64,000 bases of DNA from an uncultured Bacteroidales bacterium. Its GTDB lineage: Bacteria > Bacteroidota > Bacteroidia > Bacteroidales > JAADJA01. The position numbers were made by a program, and so were the translations under genes. This document shows positions 1 through 10,323 of this stretch, one piece after another; the stretch's first letter is position 1; each line of letters opens with the position of its first letter. The DNA is taken from contig CAWJBC010000021.1 in NCBI GenBank assembly GCA_963840975.1, positions 259,837 through 323,836 of the forward strand, in the 5' to 3' direction. Under the pieces are notes generated by a model that was given only the letters and a program-made list of their open reading frames with translations, made no database searches and was not told the origin of the DNA.

Positions 1-1
1 C

Positions 2-401
2 GACGGTGGAATATTGCCTAAACTGCTCCTTCCTTTTAAATATTATTTGGGTGGCCATATGGGAAATGGCGAGCAATGGTTTTCATGGATACACATAACG
101 GATTTGGTGGATGCCATGCTATTTTTATTGAAAAGTAATAATACTGGCAGGAATTTATAATTTGACTTCCCCGGAACCTGTTAAAATGAAAGAATTTTCC
201 AGAATCGCCGGTAAACTGATAAGAAAGCCATCGTGGCTGCATATTCCTGCATTTGTTTTAAGGCTTATAAACCGGGAAATGGCTGAAGATTTATTTCTTA
301 CAAGCCAGCGTATTCTACCTGTCCGGCTGATTGAGGCAGGATTTCAGTTTAAATATGTTACGGCAGAAATGGCCCTTGAAAATCAAATAAAAAAAACGTA
401 G
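2..401 (+). pseudogene. TIGR01777/YfcH-like epimerase-family protein, C-terminal part (5' end outside window); reading frame broken near nt 143
   Basis: Frame of 2-157 reads [31 protein letters not shown] and then stops. Frame of 132-401 continues [18 protein letters not shown]...QRILPVRLIEAGFQFKY. Together they match the conserved YfcH C-terminus. Skipping one base at about 143 gives one ORF. Confidence 0.6.
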
Positions 402-404
402 ATC

Positions 405-1227
405 ATGCACGATTGTGTTGGAGACAAATTTATCATAAATGGCAATGTTTACCCGGTTTCAGATTTTGACGAGCGAATTCTGCAATCCGACCAGGTGGTA
501 TATGAAGTGATAAGGATAGAAGAAGGAATACCTTTATTTATTGAAGATTACCTCAGCCGGCTTGAGCGCACAATTTACCTTTCGGGGTTGAAGATCAGTG
601 TTGAACAGCAAAATATCCGGCAACAGATTCACCAGTTGATTCTGATCAGTAATATCAAACAGGGTCCTTTAAAACTGATGATTTCTGCTGAGCAGGCGAT
701 CGTGTATTTCATGAGAGCCGTACTTGCCTGAACCTCAGGAATATTTGACAGGTGTCAAAACCGTAACTGTCAATGCAGAAAGAAGAAATCCAAACGCCAA
801 AGTCTGGAATCCGGATTTCAGGGAGAAAATAATCAAAGCTTTAAACCAATATTCGGCATATGAAGCCATCCTTGTTGATCAGCATGGCGACATCACCGAA
901 GGAAGCCGGTCGAATGTGTTTTTTGTCAGAGGCAGCGAATTGTTTACTGCTCCCTACTGCAGCCGTTTTGCCTGGTATTACAAGGATGAAGGTGCTTGAT
1001 GTATGCAATTCGGAGGGAATCAAAGTGAATGAAATCACTCTTCATCTGGCTGATATTGGAAGCTACGAGTCTGTTTTTATCACGGGAACATCGCGCAAGG
1101 TTTTGCCTTAAGGCAAATTGACCAGCATATTTTTAAGGTCAATAATCCGCTTGTCGGAAAAATTTCAAAGAAATTTGAGGATTTGGTAGCAGATTATATC
1201 GCAAGTCATCCTGGAGTACACAATTAA
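405..1227 (+). pseudogene. Class IV (BCAT/D-aminotransferase fold) aminotransferase-like gene with three frame breaks
   Basis: Three overlapping ORFs (405-731, 724-999, 860-1111) plus a fourth frame to the stop at 1225-1227 read as one protein: ...FMRAV|LPEPQEYLTGVK...EGSRSNVFFVRGSELFTAP|TAAVLPGITRMKVLD...FITGTSRKVLP|LRQIDQHIF. Breaks are at about 720-724, at the ccc run 952-954 and at the tt run 1108-1109. Confidence 0.6.
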
Positions 1228-1382
1228 AAAAATCAATTTTTGTTTCAGCCGAAACAAGGGATCACTCATTATAGTACCAAACTTTGCACAGCAACAATCA
1301 GCTTACCATTGTTTGACTGAATATCAAACACTTTGGCTAATGATGCGCAAGGAGAATAGTTTTGAATGAATTGGGTTTTAAC

Positions 1383-2847
1383 CTAATTGTATTTGATTAA
1401 TTTTCCCCTTGTCGTGATTGCAGTTTTTTCAGTTAAAGCATATAAATAAACACCTTCAGGAAGAAATGAGAGGTCAAGTGTGGATGATCCCCTGACCTCT
1501 TTTATGTACACAAATTTTCCATAAATATCAAATACTTTCCAATTTCCTTATTCCGCTTTGGGGTATTTCAATGTTTACCCAATGATTGAATGGATTTGGA
1601 TATAATCTGGCATTTTCCTGAATATAATCATCCCGTTGTCCGGTTGTAATGCTGTCCGGATCAAATTTTAGGATGAAAATGTCCTTCTGATATAATTCAC
1701 CGGGAAAATTATAAAAATCCCAGAAGCTGCCCATGATAACAATATTATCGTCACTCAAAACCATAATTATTGTAGGCATATATTCCCCTTTTCCTCCGTA
1801 ATTTGCTGACCATTGTACTCCGTTTAAATTTTGATCAACCTTATACAGCGAAACCCAGGTGTCGGTAGGAGGCACATTAATATTTTTTGAACAGGTTACA
1901 TAGATTGCTCCATCACTGTTTTCACAGGTTTGTGCAATACGGTCGTTGGTATCGGGCACTCCAATGAAGATGGTATCGTATATACCTTCGAGGATATTGG
2001 TTTTGAATAAGCCTATATCCCAGTAGGGTGGCGGATAAGTAGAATACTCCATATATTCGCTGCTGAACAGAATCTCATGATTGGAAAGCAATAAACTTGT
2101 AACATTATTGTAAATACTATCATTGAGCCCAATTACAGTATCAAGATTGAACAGATAATCCATTAGAAATAACTTTTCCTGCTGGACGAACACATACTTT
2201 TGAATTTCAGGAAAATCATAAATATAATTTAATAACCAATAGATGGAAGTATCTGTACTCTCGTTTATTATATTTCCCTGCATATCTATTTCCCTGAAAA
2301 TCCCTACACCCCCTTTAGCCAGCAGGTAACCCTGGTTCATGACTATGTTTCCGTTATGGTTAATAGATATCGCATAGAGTTCCTCACTTATATCCGGTTC
2401 GCCGTAATAACGCTCCTGCACAATTTCCAGTTCCCCGTTAAGCCAGATAATACAGGCATCTTTTAATCCAGTCAGGGTATCCAAAGCATATACTGATACA
2501 ATGATTAAATCGGGATCTGCTTTCAGGATGGTCTTGATAAAAAATTTGTAATGCCCATCCCCATCCAGGTAAATGCTGTCAACCGGAGTAAAAGCAGAAT
2601 CGGTGAGATACAGGATATGATGATAATTATAAAAGGCACTGACAGATGGCGGATAAGGTGGTATTTCCGGATTTTCTCTTACCACATTTAAAAGGAAGTT
2701 ACCTGTTGATTCATTGTATGCACAATCAAATAAATACTCATCCAGGGTGGAATTATTCCATTCAATACAAGTAAATTGGGCCTGGATTATTTCATGGTTA
2801 AGTAGAACTGTTAAAACAATCAAACTATAAATTGCTGATTTTCCCAT
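1383..2847 (-). pseudogene. Secreted protein of unknown function with T9SS type A C-terminal sorting domain; frame break inside the sorting domain
   Basis: Signal peptide MGKSAIYSLIVLTVLLNHEIIQAQ starts at the ATG at 2847. The ORF stops at 1528 in the middle of the sorting domain (LYPNPFNHWVNIEIPQSGIR). The rest of the domain (NWKVFDIYGKFVYIKEVRGSSTLDLSFLPEGVYLYALTEKTAITTRGKLIKYN, stop 1383-1385) is in another frame. The break is at the ttt run 1543-1545. Confidence 0.6.
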
Positions 2848-3063
2848 GGTCCTAATATTGATTAAATTATCACATGGATGTTTTCCACTATAGCACAATA
2901 AACTTTATGTAACGTAATAGGTTCAAAATATCTGGCGTTTGTTAACAGCAAAAATAATAATTATAAATGTCAAGGAAAAATATTTATTTTATTAACATTA
3001 TTGGTTGGCTAACTGATTCAAATAAACACAAAAATATTCTTAAGAAAAAAATAAAGTAGGGCG

Positions 3064-4227
3064 TTAGTTTGCATCCATCAGTCCTTCCACCAGCCAGTTA
3101 GCAACTGCCTGCCGGTTATCAACTACAATAAAACGCTTTTGGTCGGCGTCATTCCGGATATTGCCCAATTCAATGAATACTGAGGTTGGCGTTACTTTGC
3201 GAAGCATGTGCAGGTTTCTTGGTTTTACCGTACCATAATAGCCCCTGTTTTTCTGGTGGTGATTGTATTTTTCCTCTATTTTATCTTTCAATAAATAGGC
3301 TACTTCCTTTCCTTTCGCGTCATTTGGGTAATAGTAGAAAAACATGTCAACGCGCTGACCACTGCTTCGCGAATCAACATGGAGGTTAATGGCTAATTGC
3401 TTCTTTATTCCATTTTTTTTATTTTCTGCATAAAGGTCATTAACAATTTTACATCCAAGATCCAATCGGGCTATCTGGTTCAGCGGCATGGTCTTGTTTT
3501 TATAATAGACTTCGTCCTTATCAGGTTCAAGTATCGCTTTATCACGTATGCCGTCATTCTTATCGCGTGTGATTAAATAAACGGTGGCGCTGTGTTCGAG
3601 CAGGTTTTTTGTCATTCTCAATGCGATATCATAAGCATATTCATCTTCACAAAGGGTGTGTCCGTTGTATTTTCCCATCGCTCCGGGATCAGGACCTCCA
3701 TGACCCGAGATGATATAGTAAACATTCCCTTCCAGTTTTTTATCCTGTATTTGAACGTTTTTATATTTTTCACCCAGCAAGGAATACTCAACGGTAGCAG
3801 GTCCCGATGATTTTGTGCCGGAATCGCAATAAAGGTAGTCATAAGGAACCCAAAGAATATTATCAGCCCTGTAATCCTTTTCTTTGATACCCTTGCTGAC
3901 CATGGCTTCATTGTAGTTTTGTATCTTTTTGGCAAGGTTGTAATCGTTGTTGCCAATGGTAGTGCGGATATTTACGGTGTTGTAGGTATAAACCACTACC
4001 GGAAGCTTATAAATCCGGTCAATCCTCAGCGACAAATCGTCGGGAAGTTTATTGATTTCTTTGAAATGTTCGAGGTTGCATTTGGAAGATGAGATATCAT
4101 ACTTTTTAAAAAGTAAATAAGTCGCATCACCTGATTTTGCCCTGAATTCAACATACTGTAAATCTTCCCCGATAAGAGTTACCGATGCGAACAGAAAAAT
4201 AAATAATATTTTAAATCTTAACGTCAT
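3064..4227 (-). CDS. N-acetylmuramoyl-L-alanine amidase (Amidase_3 family) with N-terminal LysM-like region
   Basis: Motifs GHGGPDPGA, NLHVDS and FIELGNIRN are present. A signal-like start MTLRFKILFIFLFASV sits at the internal ATG 4227. Confidence 0.8.
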   Translation of the reverse strand: MTLRFKILFIFLFASVTLIGEDLQYVEFRAKSGDATYLLFKKYDISSSKCNLEHFKEINKLPDDLSLRIDRIYKLPVVVYTYNTVNIRTTIGNNDYNLAKKIQNYNEAMVSKGIKEKDYRADNILWVPYDYLYCDSGTKSSGPATVEYSLLGEKYKNVQIQDKKLEGNVYYIISGHGGPDPGAMGKYNGHTLCEDEYAYDIALRMTKNLLEHSATVYLITRDKNDGIRDKAILEPDKDEVYYKNKTMPLNQIARLDLGCKIVNDLYAENKKNGIKKQLAINLHVDSRSSGQRVDMFFYYYPNDAKGKEVAYLLKDKIEEKYNHHQKNRGYYGTVKPRNLHMLRKVTPTSVFIELGNIRNDADQKRFIVVDNRQAVANWLVEGLMDAN

Positions 4228-4423
4228 TCTTAAACCCCGGATATCCTTTCTGTAAGCTATATCCATTCCTCTTTAAATCCGTTCAGGGAGATGATGATTT
4301 ATCAATCCTGTCAAATTCAAAATTATCAATATTTGAAAGCCATTCGGAGGGGCCGGATTTTAAATATCAAGAGTTTTATTAACATAAGGACAAGTTAAAA
4401 ACTCAAAGCTCAAAGGAAAAAGT

Positions 4424-5464
4424 TCAAAACTGAAAGGTTTCTGTTTTCTTTTGACCGATTATTTCTATTGCTTTTTCCATAATGTCATCAACGCCATCCA
4501 GTTCGTGCAGCGGATCCATCCAGACTGTAACATCCGGCGGAACTCCGTTTTCCCAGTTCTGACCATCGGGGGTGAGTGTGCGGGAAACTGAAAATCGGTA
4601 AGCCCAACCATTGGGCAGCTCAAACCCGGCTGGCGAACCGAGACCACCGCCGGTTGTGTCGCCTACCTGAACTACATGAGGAAAAGCTTTCATGGCGGTA
4701 GCGAAGAATGAAGTAGCGCTGAAACATCCCCTGTTCGTAAGCAGGATCACCGGTTTTGTGTAATGGTATGAACCAACAGGTTTCATTGTAACTTCTGCCG
4801 CATCACCAAAATCATCATGGCCGGGACCTGTCTTCATTGCAGAGGTAAATATTACCCTTTCCTGATCGGCAAACCGTGAACCGATTTGATAAATGTTTGT
4901 TACGCTTCCACCTCCATTGTTGCGCATGTCTAAAATAATCCCGTTGGTGTGCCACAGGCTACCAATCACAAAATCAATATCAGCACTTTGGACAGGTTGT
5001 GAAAAACTGCCGTAATAAATGTATCCGATCGAAAGGCTGTCTCTTTCAAAAGTTGTATTGATAAGCGAACCGGTTATTCTGTAATCCCAGCCGATGTAAT
5101 GATCCTTTATCAGCCTGAAATCGAAATTCTCAGGAGCATTGTATTTAAATGAATACCTCGAAATATCAAATGGGGCGGTGAGGTTCACATGACCATCATT
5201 CAGCTCATTCAGCATGTCGGCAAGGACATCGAATAACTCATAATTGCTCATGTCGTTGTTCACCTGCGGGCGATAAGTATTGTAAACTTCATTCCAGTCA
5301 ATGCCCTTGTATTCAAAAAAGGAATACTTTTCATCAGCGGATTTCCAGATGTATTCAAAATTCGTCACAGGGTCGTTTGCCGGTTCATCTTCCATGAGGA
5401 TTTTTTCACAAGACGCATTAACTATCGCCAATAGAATTAAATTCAAATAAAACTTATTCAGCAA
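4424..5464 (-). CDS. S41 family (C-terminal processing/tail-specific type) peptidase, probable lipoprotein
   Basis: Motifs DMRNNGGGS and NRGCFSATSFFA...GDTTGGG are present. The TTG at 5464 gives MLNKFYLNLILLAIVNASC, a lipobox-like leader. The longer ORF to 5665 only translates a palindromic repeat. The start is uncertain; ATG 5542 is also possible. Confidence 0.75.
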   Translation of the reverse strand: MLNKFYLNLILLAIVNASCEKILMEDEPANDPVTNFEYIWKSADEKYSFFEYKGIDWNEVYNTYRPQVNNDMSNYELFDVLADMLNELNDGHVNLTAPFDISRYSFKYNAPENFDFRLIKDHYIGWDYRITGSLINTTFERDSLSIGYIYYGSFSQPVQSADIDFVIGSLWHTNGIILDMRNNGGGSVTNIYQIGSRFADQERVIFTSAMKTGPGHDDFGDAAEVTMKPVGSYHYTKPVILLTNRGCFSATSFFATAMKAFPHVVQVGDTTGGGLGSPAGFELPNGWAYRFSVSRTLTPDGQNWENGVPPDVTVWMDPLHELDGVDDIMEKAIEIIGQKKTETFQF

Positions 5465-5530
5465 GGAATGTTGGAATGGTGGAATGAAGGTTTTACCATG
5501 AAATTTAGTTTTTCTAAGCTTTACTATGAA

Positions 5531-5600
5531 TAACAAAGTCATTGCGAGTGAGGCACGAACGAAGCAATCTGCTTTCATAGAGATTGCTTCACTCCATTTC
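5531..5600. repeat. Extragenic palindromic element
   Basis: Perfect 10-bp inverted repeat gaagcaatct (5561-5570) / agattgcttc (5581-5590) with a 10-nt loop. It is flanked by cattgcgag-type sequence. Confidence 0.6.
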
Positions 5601-5661
5601 ATTATGCTTGCAATTACTGGATAGTCAATTTTGGATTTTCTGTTATGGAATTTTATCTTTT

Positions 5662-6570
5662 TCATTTTTCTGGAGTTTTGTTGTTAAACTTGAAAATAAA
5701 CGAAAACTGGATTCCATGGAATGCCGATTGAACCTTGTTGTAACCGGGATTATGATTGTAAAAATTCCAGACATAGCTTAGCTTGAACATATTCTGATTG
5801 TGCAGGATGTAATAAAGTTCGGTTTGCGAACGAAGGTTGAAGGGTATAAATATGCCACCGGTAGTTTGTTCGTCAGTGATCTTTGTCCTGAGATCGGGAT
5901 CAATAAAGTTGGTGATGGTTACATAAGTCGGTCTTATCAGATAACTTAACACAGGTGTAGAAACCTGCCAGCTTAGCCTTAAGTCACGATCGCGGCGGTT
6001 GAAGTTAATCCCAAGGAACTTAAAGGAGTTGCTTTTCCAACTGAAGGGATATTCAAAGCGGGTAGCGACTCCAAGCCCGTAATAATTATCGAAGGTTAAT
6101 GCTGAGTTGCCATATTTATAATTAACCCTGAAATGTCCGTTGATGTTGAACTCCGGTCCTAAATACCAGTTGATCTTTTCGTTGACAATTGGGCGCAGAC
6201 GGTAAAGGATGTTGTACCGGATGGCAAGATAATAACTGGTATTGGGAGCATCGTACCAGGGAGTCTCAATATCCGACTTCAGGTTGCCATAGCTGAAATC
6301 GGTTTCAAGAGTTTTGATTCTTTTGTCAGAATGGGTAAGATAACCCAGCGAAGCAAAAGGGAAGTTGAAGCCTTTGTAGAGCAGGGGAGAGGTTGCCTGA
6401 TCCATCAACTTCACACACGAAAAGCCCAGTCCCAGCCCAAGGTATTTGTCCCGCGCCTTTCGTTCGGCTTTTTTTATTTCTTTTTTTTCTGTGTCGCTTG
6501 CATAGACTGACTGATTCATCAAAATCATCAGAAGCAGTGATAAAAAGAATAATGGAAATTTGTATTTCAT
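5662..6570 (-). CDS. Putative outer-membrane beta-barrel protein, function unknown
   Basis: Signal peptide MKYKFPLFFLSLLLMILMNQSVYAS starts at ATG 6570. The sequence has alternating aromatic/hydrophilic beta-strand-like segments and an aromatic-rich C-terminal strand (FHGIQFSFIFKF) followed by a short NNKTPEK tail. TGA stop at 5662-5664. Confidence 0.45.
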   Translation of the reverse strand: MKYKFPLFFLSLLLMILMNQSVYASDTEKKEIKKAERKARDKYLGLGLGFSCVKLMDQATSPLLYKGFNFPFASLGYLTHSDKRIKTLETDFSYGNLKSDIETPWYDAPNTSYYLAIRYNILYRLRPIVNEKINWYLGPEFNINGHFRVNYKYGNSALTFDNYYGLGVATRFEYPFSWKSNSFKFLGINFNRRDRDLRLSWQVSTPVLSYLIRPTYVTITNFIDPDLRTKITDEQTTGGIFIPFNLRSQTELYYILHNQNMFKLSYVWNFYNHNPGYNKVQSAFHGIQFSFIFKFNNKTPEK

Positions 6571-6728
6571 TATCTGATGTTTATGTTTGCAAAAATAAGT
6601 GGTTTTTGATGAGGTTTTCTTTTGTTTTGAGCCAGAAACTTTATTTTTGCTGCTAATAATTATCTTTGAAAAGTAATACAAGCCTTGAGATATTTACTTT
6701 TTAAACACAAGAGATAATATACGTCCCA

Positions 6729-7619
6729 TTGATGATTAATACATTTAAAAACTTCAAAATGAGAATGATTAACCTTTTATTCATGTTCAGCACAATATCG
6801 TTCATTGTTTCAGCACATGAAGAACCTTCAAAGACATTGAATGAGCAAAATGACAAAGCAAAATCAAGACAACGAATAGTTGAATCCGGTATTTTAAAAT
6901 CCTTTATGTGGAAATATACAGTTTGTGAAGGCAAACTTGCTGATAAAGGTTCCAAAGCAATCATACAAGAATACGACAAAAATGGTAACATGACAGCCAT
7001 TGAAGCATATAATAATGATTCCTTATCCTTGAGGGTTGAATACAGTTTTGACTCGAATAATAATATGCTGACAGATATTGATTATTCTGCTGACAGAAAG
7101 ATACTGGAAAAGAATTCATATAATTATGACAATGGAGGCAGGGTAATCTCAGGCAATACCTATAACGAAGAAGAACAATTATCAGCTTATTTCATAATCA
7201 ACAAAGCAAACGACAAGAAATCCATTATCTTTTTAAAGTATAAGGATAATGACAGCCTCGAATATAAAATTGAATATCTTTATTCATCCAACTATGATCA
7301 ATCCGATTATACTGAAGCAAACAAATATGACCCGAATAATAAATTAATTATGCGTGTGATAAAAAAGTACAATGCATCCAGCCGGCAAACAGAAAAAGAA
7401 ATTTATGGAGGAGATGGTTCATTGTCCTATTCCTTTTACTACGAATATGATAATGGCGGCAATTTAACAGCAATTATAAAAAAGAAATCTGATGGCACAG
7501 TGGAATGGAAAGATTTATATTCCTATGACAAAAGTGGGAATTGCATGGAAATAGATAGCTATGATTCCAATGACGATCTGTCGTCTGTTGTCAAATATAC
7601 TTATGAGTATAACAAATAA
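6729..7619 (+). CDS. Secreted repeat protein (YD-like Y..Y(D/N).(N/G)G repeats), function unknown
   Basis: N-terminal hydrophobic leader. Recurring motifs such as YSFDSNNNM, YNYDNGGRV, YEYDNGGNL and YSYDKSGNC. Confidence 0.4.
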   Translation: MMINTFKNFKMRMINLLFMFSTISFIVSAHEEPSKTLNEQNDKAKSRQRIVESGILKSFMWKYTVCEGKLADKGSKAIIQEYDKNGNMTAIEAYNNDSLSLRVEYSFDSNNNMLTDIDYSADRKILEKNSYNYDNGGRVISGNTYNEEEQLSAYFIINKANDKKSIIFLKYKDNDSLEYKIEYLYSSNYDQSDYTEANKYDPNNKLIMRVIKKYNASSRQTEKEIYGGDGSLSYSFYYEYDNGGNLTAIIKKKSDGTVEWKDLYSYDKSGNCMEIDSYDSNDDLSSVVKYTYEYNK

Positions 7620-7747
7620 AATCAACCGAAGATTGAAAGAGTAAAACAAGACCCACCATAGCTGCTGATATTCAATGCTGCAGGCACCTAAGCAAAAGTC
7701 GTGATCTTTATAATTTAGAGAAGAAACGATTAAAACAGATAAGCAAA

Positions 7748-8929
7748 ATGAAAACATTGGAAAGCGCTTTTACAGAGAAACAATTGGGTCATTCAAATCT
7801 TCTGCTTAAAAACGCCTTTATTAAATCTGCCACCTACGAAGGGATGTTTGATAAAGGAATCCCCACTGACAGTTTGATCAGTCATCACGTAAATATAGCC
7901 AAAGGAAATGCAGCTCTTACAACTGTGTCTTACGGTGCAGTATCGGCGGATGCGAGAACTTTTAGCGATCAGATGTACATCAATGAACGAAGCCTTGAAA
8001 AATTAAAAATACTGACACACGAGGTTCATGAGGCAGGAGGGAAGGTTTCGATTCAACTCACCCATTGCGGCTACTTTTCGAAGAATAAAGAAGTTAAAAA
8101 GCCGTTGGCGCCCAGCAAAGTTTTCAATGAATACGGGTTTATGTCGGGGATCGTGTTTTCCAAAGCAATGACTATATTGGATATGGAAAAAGTGTCGGAT
8201 GATTTTGCAGAAGCTGCATGGCGATGCAGGGATGCCGGTTTCGATGCTGTTGAAATCCACATGGGGCATGGATATTTATTGAGCCAGTTTCTCAGTCCGT
8301 GGACCAATAAGCGAAAAGATAATTATGGCGGTAGCATTGAGAACAGGTCGCGGTTTCCACTTGAAGTATTGCATAAAGTGATTGGACGGGTAGGAAAAGA
8401 ATTTCCAGTACTTGTTAAACTAAATTTAAGCGACGGTTTTCGCGGTGGTTTTTCCCTTGAGGATTGCAAATATTTTTCAAAAGAGCTTGAAAGGAAAGGG
8501 TGTACTGCAATTATTTTAAGCGGCGGATTTACCAGTAAAACTCCTTTTTACATGATGAGGGGGAAAGTCCCATTGGGAGGCATGATAATGAACGGCTCTT
8601 CTCTGGCAGAAAAACTGACTATGGCGCTATTTGGACCTTTCGTAATTAAACGCTATAAATTTTCGGAAAACTTCTTCCTTTCACAAGCGAAAGAAATCCG
8701 CAAAACCGTTCAAATGCCATTGGTTTACCTTGGAGGTGTTCACTCAAAAAATGGCATTGAAGAAATATTGAATGTCGGTTTTGAATTTATCGCCATCGGA
8801 AGGGCATTCATTCATGATCCTGATTTTCTTGTTAAACTAAAAGAAAACAGTATCGAAAAGTCAGAATGCAACCGTTGTAATAAATGTATAGTCGAGATGG
8901 ACAGAGGCGGTGTTAAATGTGTGATTTAA
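7748..8929 (+). CDS. NADH:flavin oxidoreductase, Old Yellow Enzyme family
   Basis: Motif HMGHGYLLSQFLSPWTNKRKDNYGGSIENRSRFPLEV, plus TIM-barrel OYE layout. Confidence 0.85.
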   Translation: MKTLESAFTEKQLGHSNLLLKNAFIKSATYEGMFDKGIPTDSLISHHVNIAKGNAALTTVSYGAVSADARTFSDQMYINERSLEKLKILTHEVHEAGGKVSIQLTHCGYFSKNKEVKKPLAPSKVFNEYGFMSGIVFSKAMTILDMEKVSDDFAEAAWRCRDAGFDAVEIHMGHGYLLSQFLSPWTNKRKDNYGGSIENRSRFPLEVLHKVIGRVGKEFPVLVKLNLSDGFRGGFSLEDCKYFSKELERKGCTAIILSGGFTSKTPFYMMRGKVPLGGMIMNGSSLAEKLTMALFGPFVIKRYKFSENFFLSQAKEIRKTVQMPLVYLGGVHSKNGIEEILNVGFEFIAIGRAFIHDPDFLVKLKENSIEKSECNRCNKCIVEMDRGGVKCVI

Positions 8930-8969
8930 TACATTTTTGATCTGGGGAACTCAAACCCAATAGAAAAAG

Positions 8970-9284
8970 TTATTCTGAAAACGCGCCCGAAAATTTTGCA
9001 ATTAATAAAGCAAGGACAATGGCAAGCAGGATAAAAAACCCTATTTTTCTCCTTATTTGCGTATATTGTTCAAGCCTGTCCTTGTCGAGGTAGTATTTCC
9101 CTGAACCGGATTCAACGATTACACCTTTCCTGACGAGCCTGCGGAAGATCAGGCTGTGACGGATGCCCAGTTCTTCAATTGTCCGGGCTGTGGCGGATGA
9201 ATAAGCTTCGCGGGTTTGAAAACTGCGGACGATCTTCCTGGATTGCGAGGCCATAATGGCTCCGGATGCATTGGGTGGTACCAT
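8970..9284 (-). CDS. Small hypothetical protein with C-terminal transmembrane helix
   Basis: 104-aa ORF with a C-terminal hydrophobic stretch GFFILLAIVLALLIAKF. No family recognised. Confidence 0.35.
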   Translation of the reverse strand: MVPPNASGAIMASQSRKIVRSFQTREAYSSATARTIEELGIRHSLIFRRLVRKGVIVESGSGKYYLDKDRLEQYTQIRRKIGFFILLAIVLALLIAKFSGAFSE

Positions 9285-9387
9285 ATTCGAAATATTTATT
9301 AAAAATCAAAATTAAATCTTTTTTCAGGACGGGTCAGCCTGAAAATCATCTAATTTATAACTACTCTTATGTAACTAAACTGAAAAT

Positions 9388-9548
9388 GGGTAAAGGAATA
9401 GGTAAGGAAATCTGGGTAGTTTAAAGGCTAAGGCTAAGACTAAGGCTAAGTGAGAACTTTACCATAACCTTTTCCAAAAATGACCAGCCTGACAACCTGC
9501 ATGCGTGGCAGGGACGGGCAGGCATCCTTACCCTTGCCTCACTCACTT
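9388..9548 (-). repeat. GC-rich composite intergenic repeat (inverted copy of the family at 14934-15050 and 16560-16750)
   Basis: Contains ggctaaggctaagactaaggctaag, which is the reverse complement of the TTAGCCT tract. It also has a GC-rich palindromic core (cctgcatgcgtggcagggacgggcagg) and ccttaccctt. Confidence 0.55.
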
Positions 9549-9705
9549 TTATCCGTTTATATCGCAAGTTTTAATTCCTGGTGCGGTTTGTTTTAATTGA
9601 ACTGAAGGACTAAATACTATCTAATAAGGACTTTTTCCATATCTTTGAACCTCTGGTTTGGATGACGACAGATGATACTCTTTATCATAGTAAGCCATTA
9701 TAAGA

Positions 9706-10323
9706 ATGCACACAGAAATGAATAAATTATTGATAATTTTGGTTTTCGTTTTACCGACAACATTGCTAGGACAGGAGAAGACAATTCCAATTGATATATC
9801 GTTATTTAACGAGGCGACAGCAATTCCATTTACACGGTTTTTCACAACTCCAATTCATCCTGGTTTACAATTGGGGACTGAATTTAATTATAAGATTAAA
9901 GAACATTCCCGACTGTTTCAGACTGCCAATATTTGCTATTTCTATCATAACTATCTTGCACAAGGGATCGGGCTTAATACAGAGTTGGGGTATGAATACC
10001 GCTTAAAATCAGGATTTGCTGTTGCCGGTCTTTTAGGTGTTGGATATATGCACACCTTTGCAACAACTGAAGAATTTACTTTTTCAAACGGACAATACGA
10101 AAAGAATGCTGACAAAGGCAATGCAAGATTATATCCCTCTTTATCCTTTGATATTGGCTATTATTTAATCAAGGCAGATAACAATAGTCCAAAAATATTT
10201 ATTCGTTATCAATCCTGGGCTGAGTACCCTTATTCGCCTGACTTTATTCCGGTGATGACGCACATTAGCTTACATATTGGGGCAAAATTTTTTATCCACA
10301 CAAAAACCAGGACAAATGACTAA
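9706..10323 (+). CDS. Putative outer-membrane beta-barrel protein, function unknown
   Basis: Leader MNKLLIILVFVLPTTLLGQE and beta-strand-like periodicity. The stop overlaps the next start (ATGACTAA). Confidence 0.4.
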   Translation: MHTEMNKLLIILVFVLPTTLLGQEKTIPIDISLFNEATAIPFTRFFTTPIHPGLQLGTEFNYKIKEHSRLFQTANICYFYHNYLAQGIGLNTELGYEYRLKSGFAVAGLLGVGYMHTFATTEEFTFSNGQYEKNADKGNARLYPSLSFDIGYYLIKADNNSPKIFIRYQSWAEYPYSPDFIPVMTHISLHIGAKFFIHTKTRTND

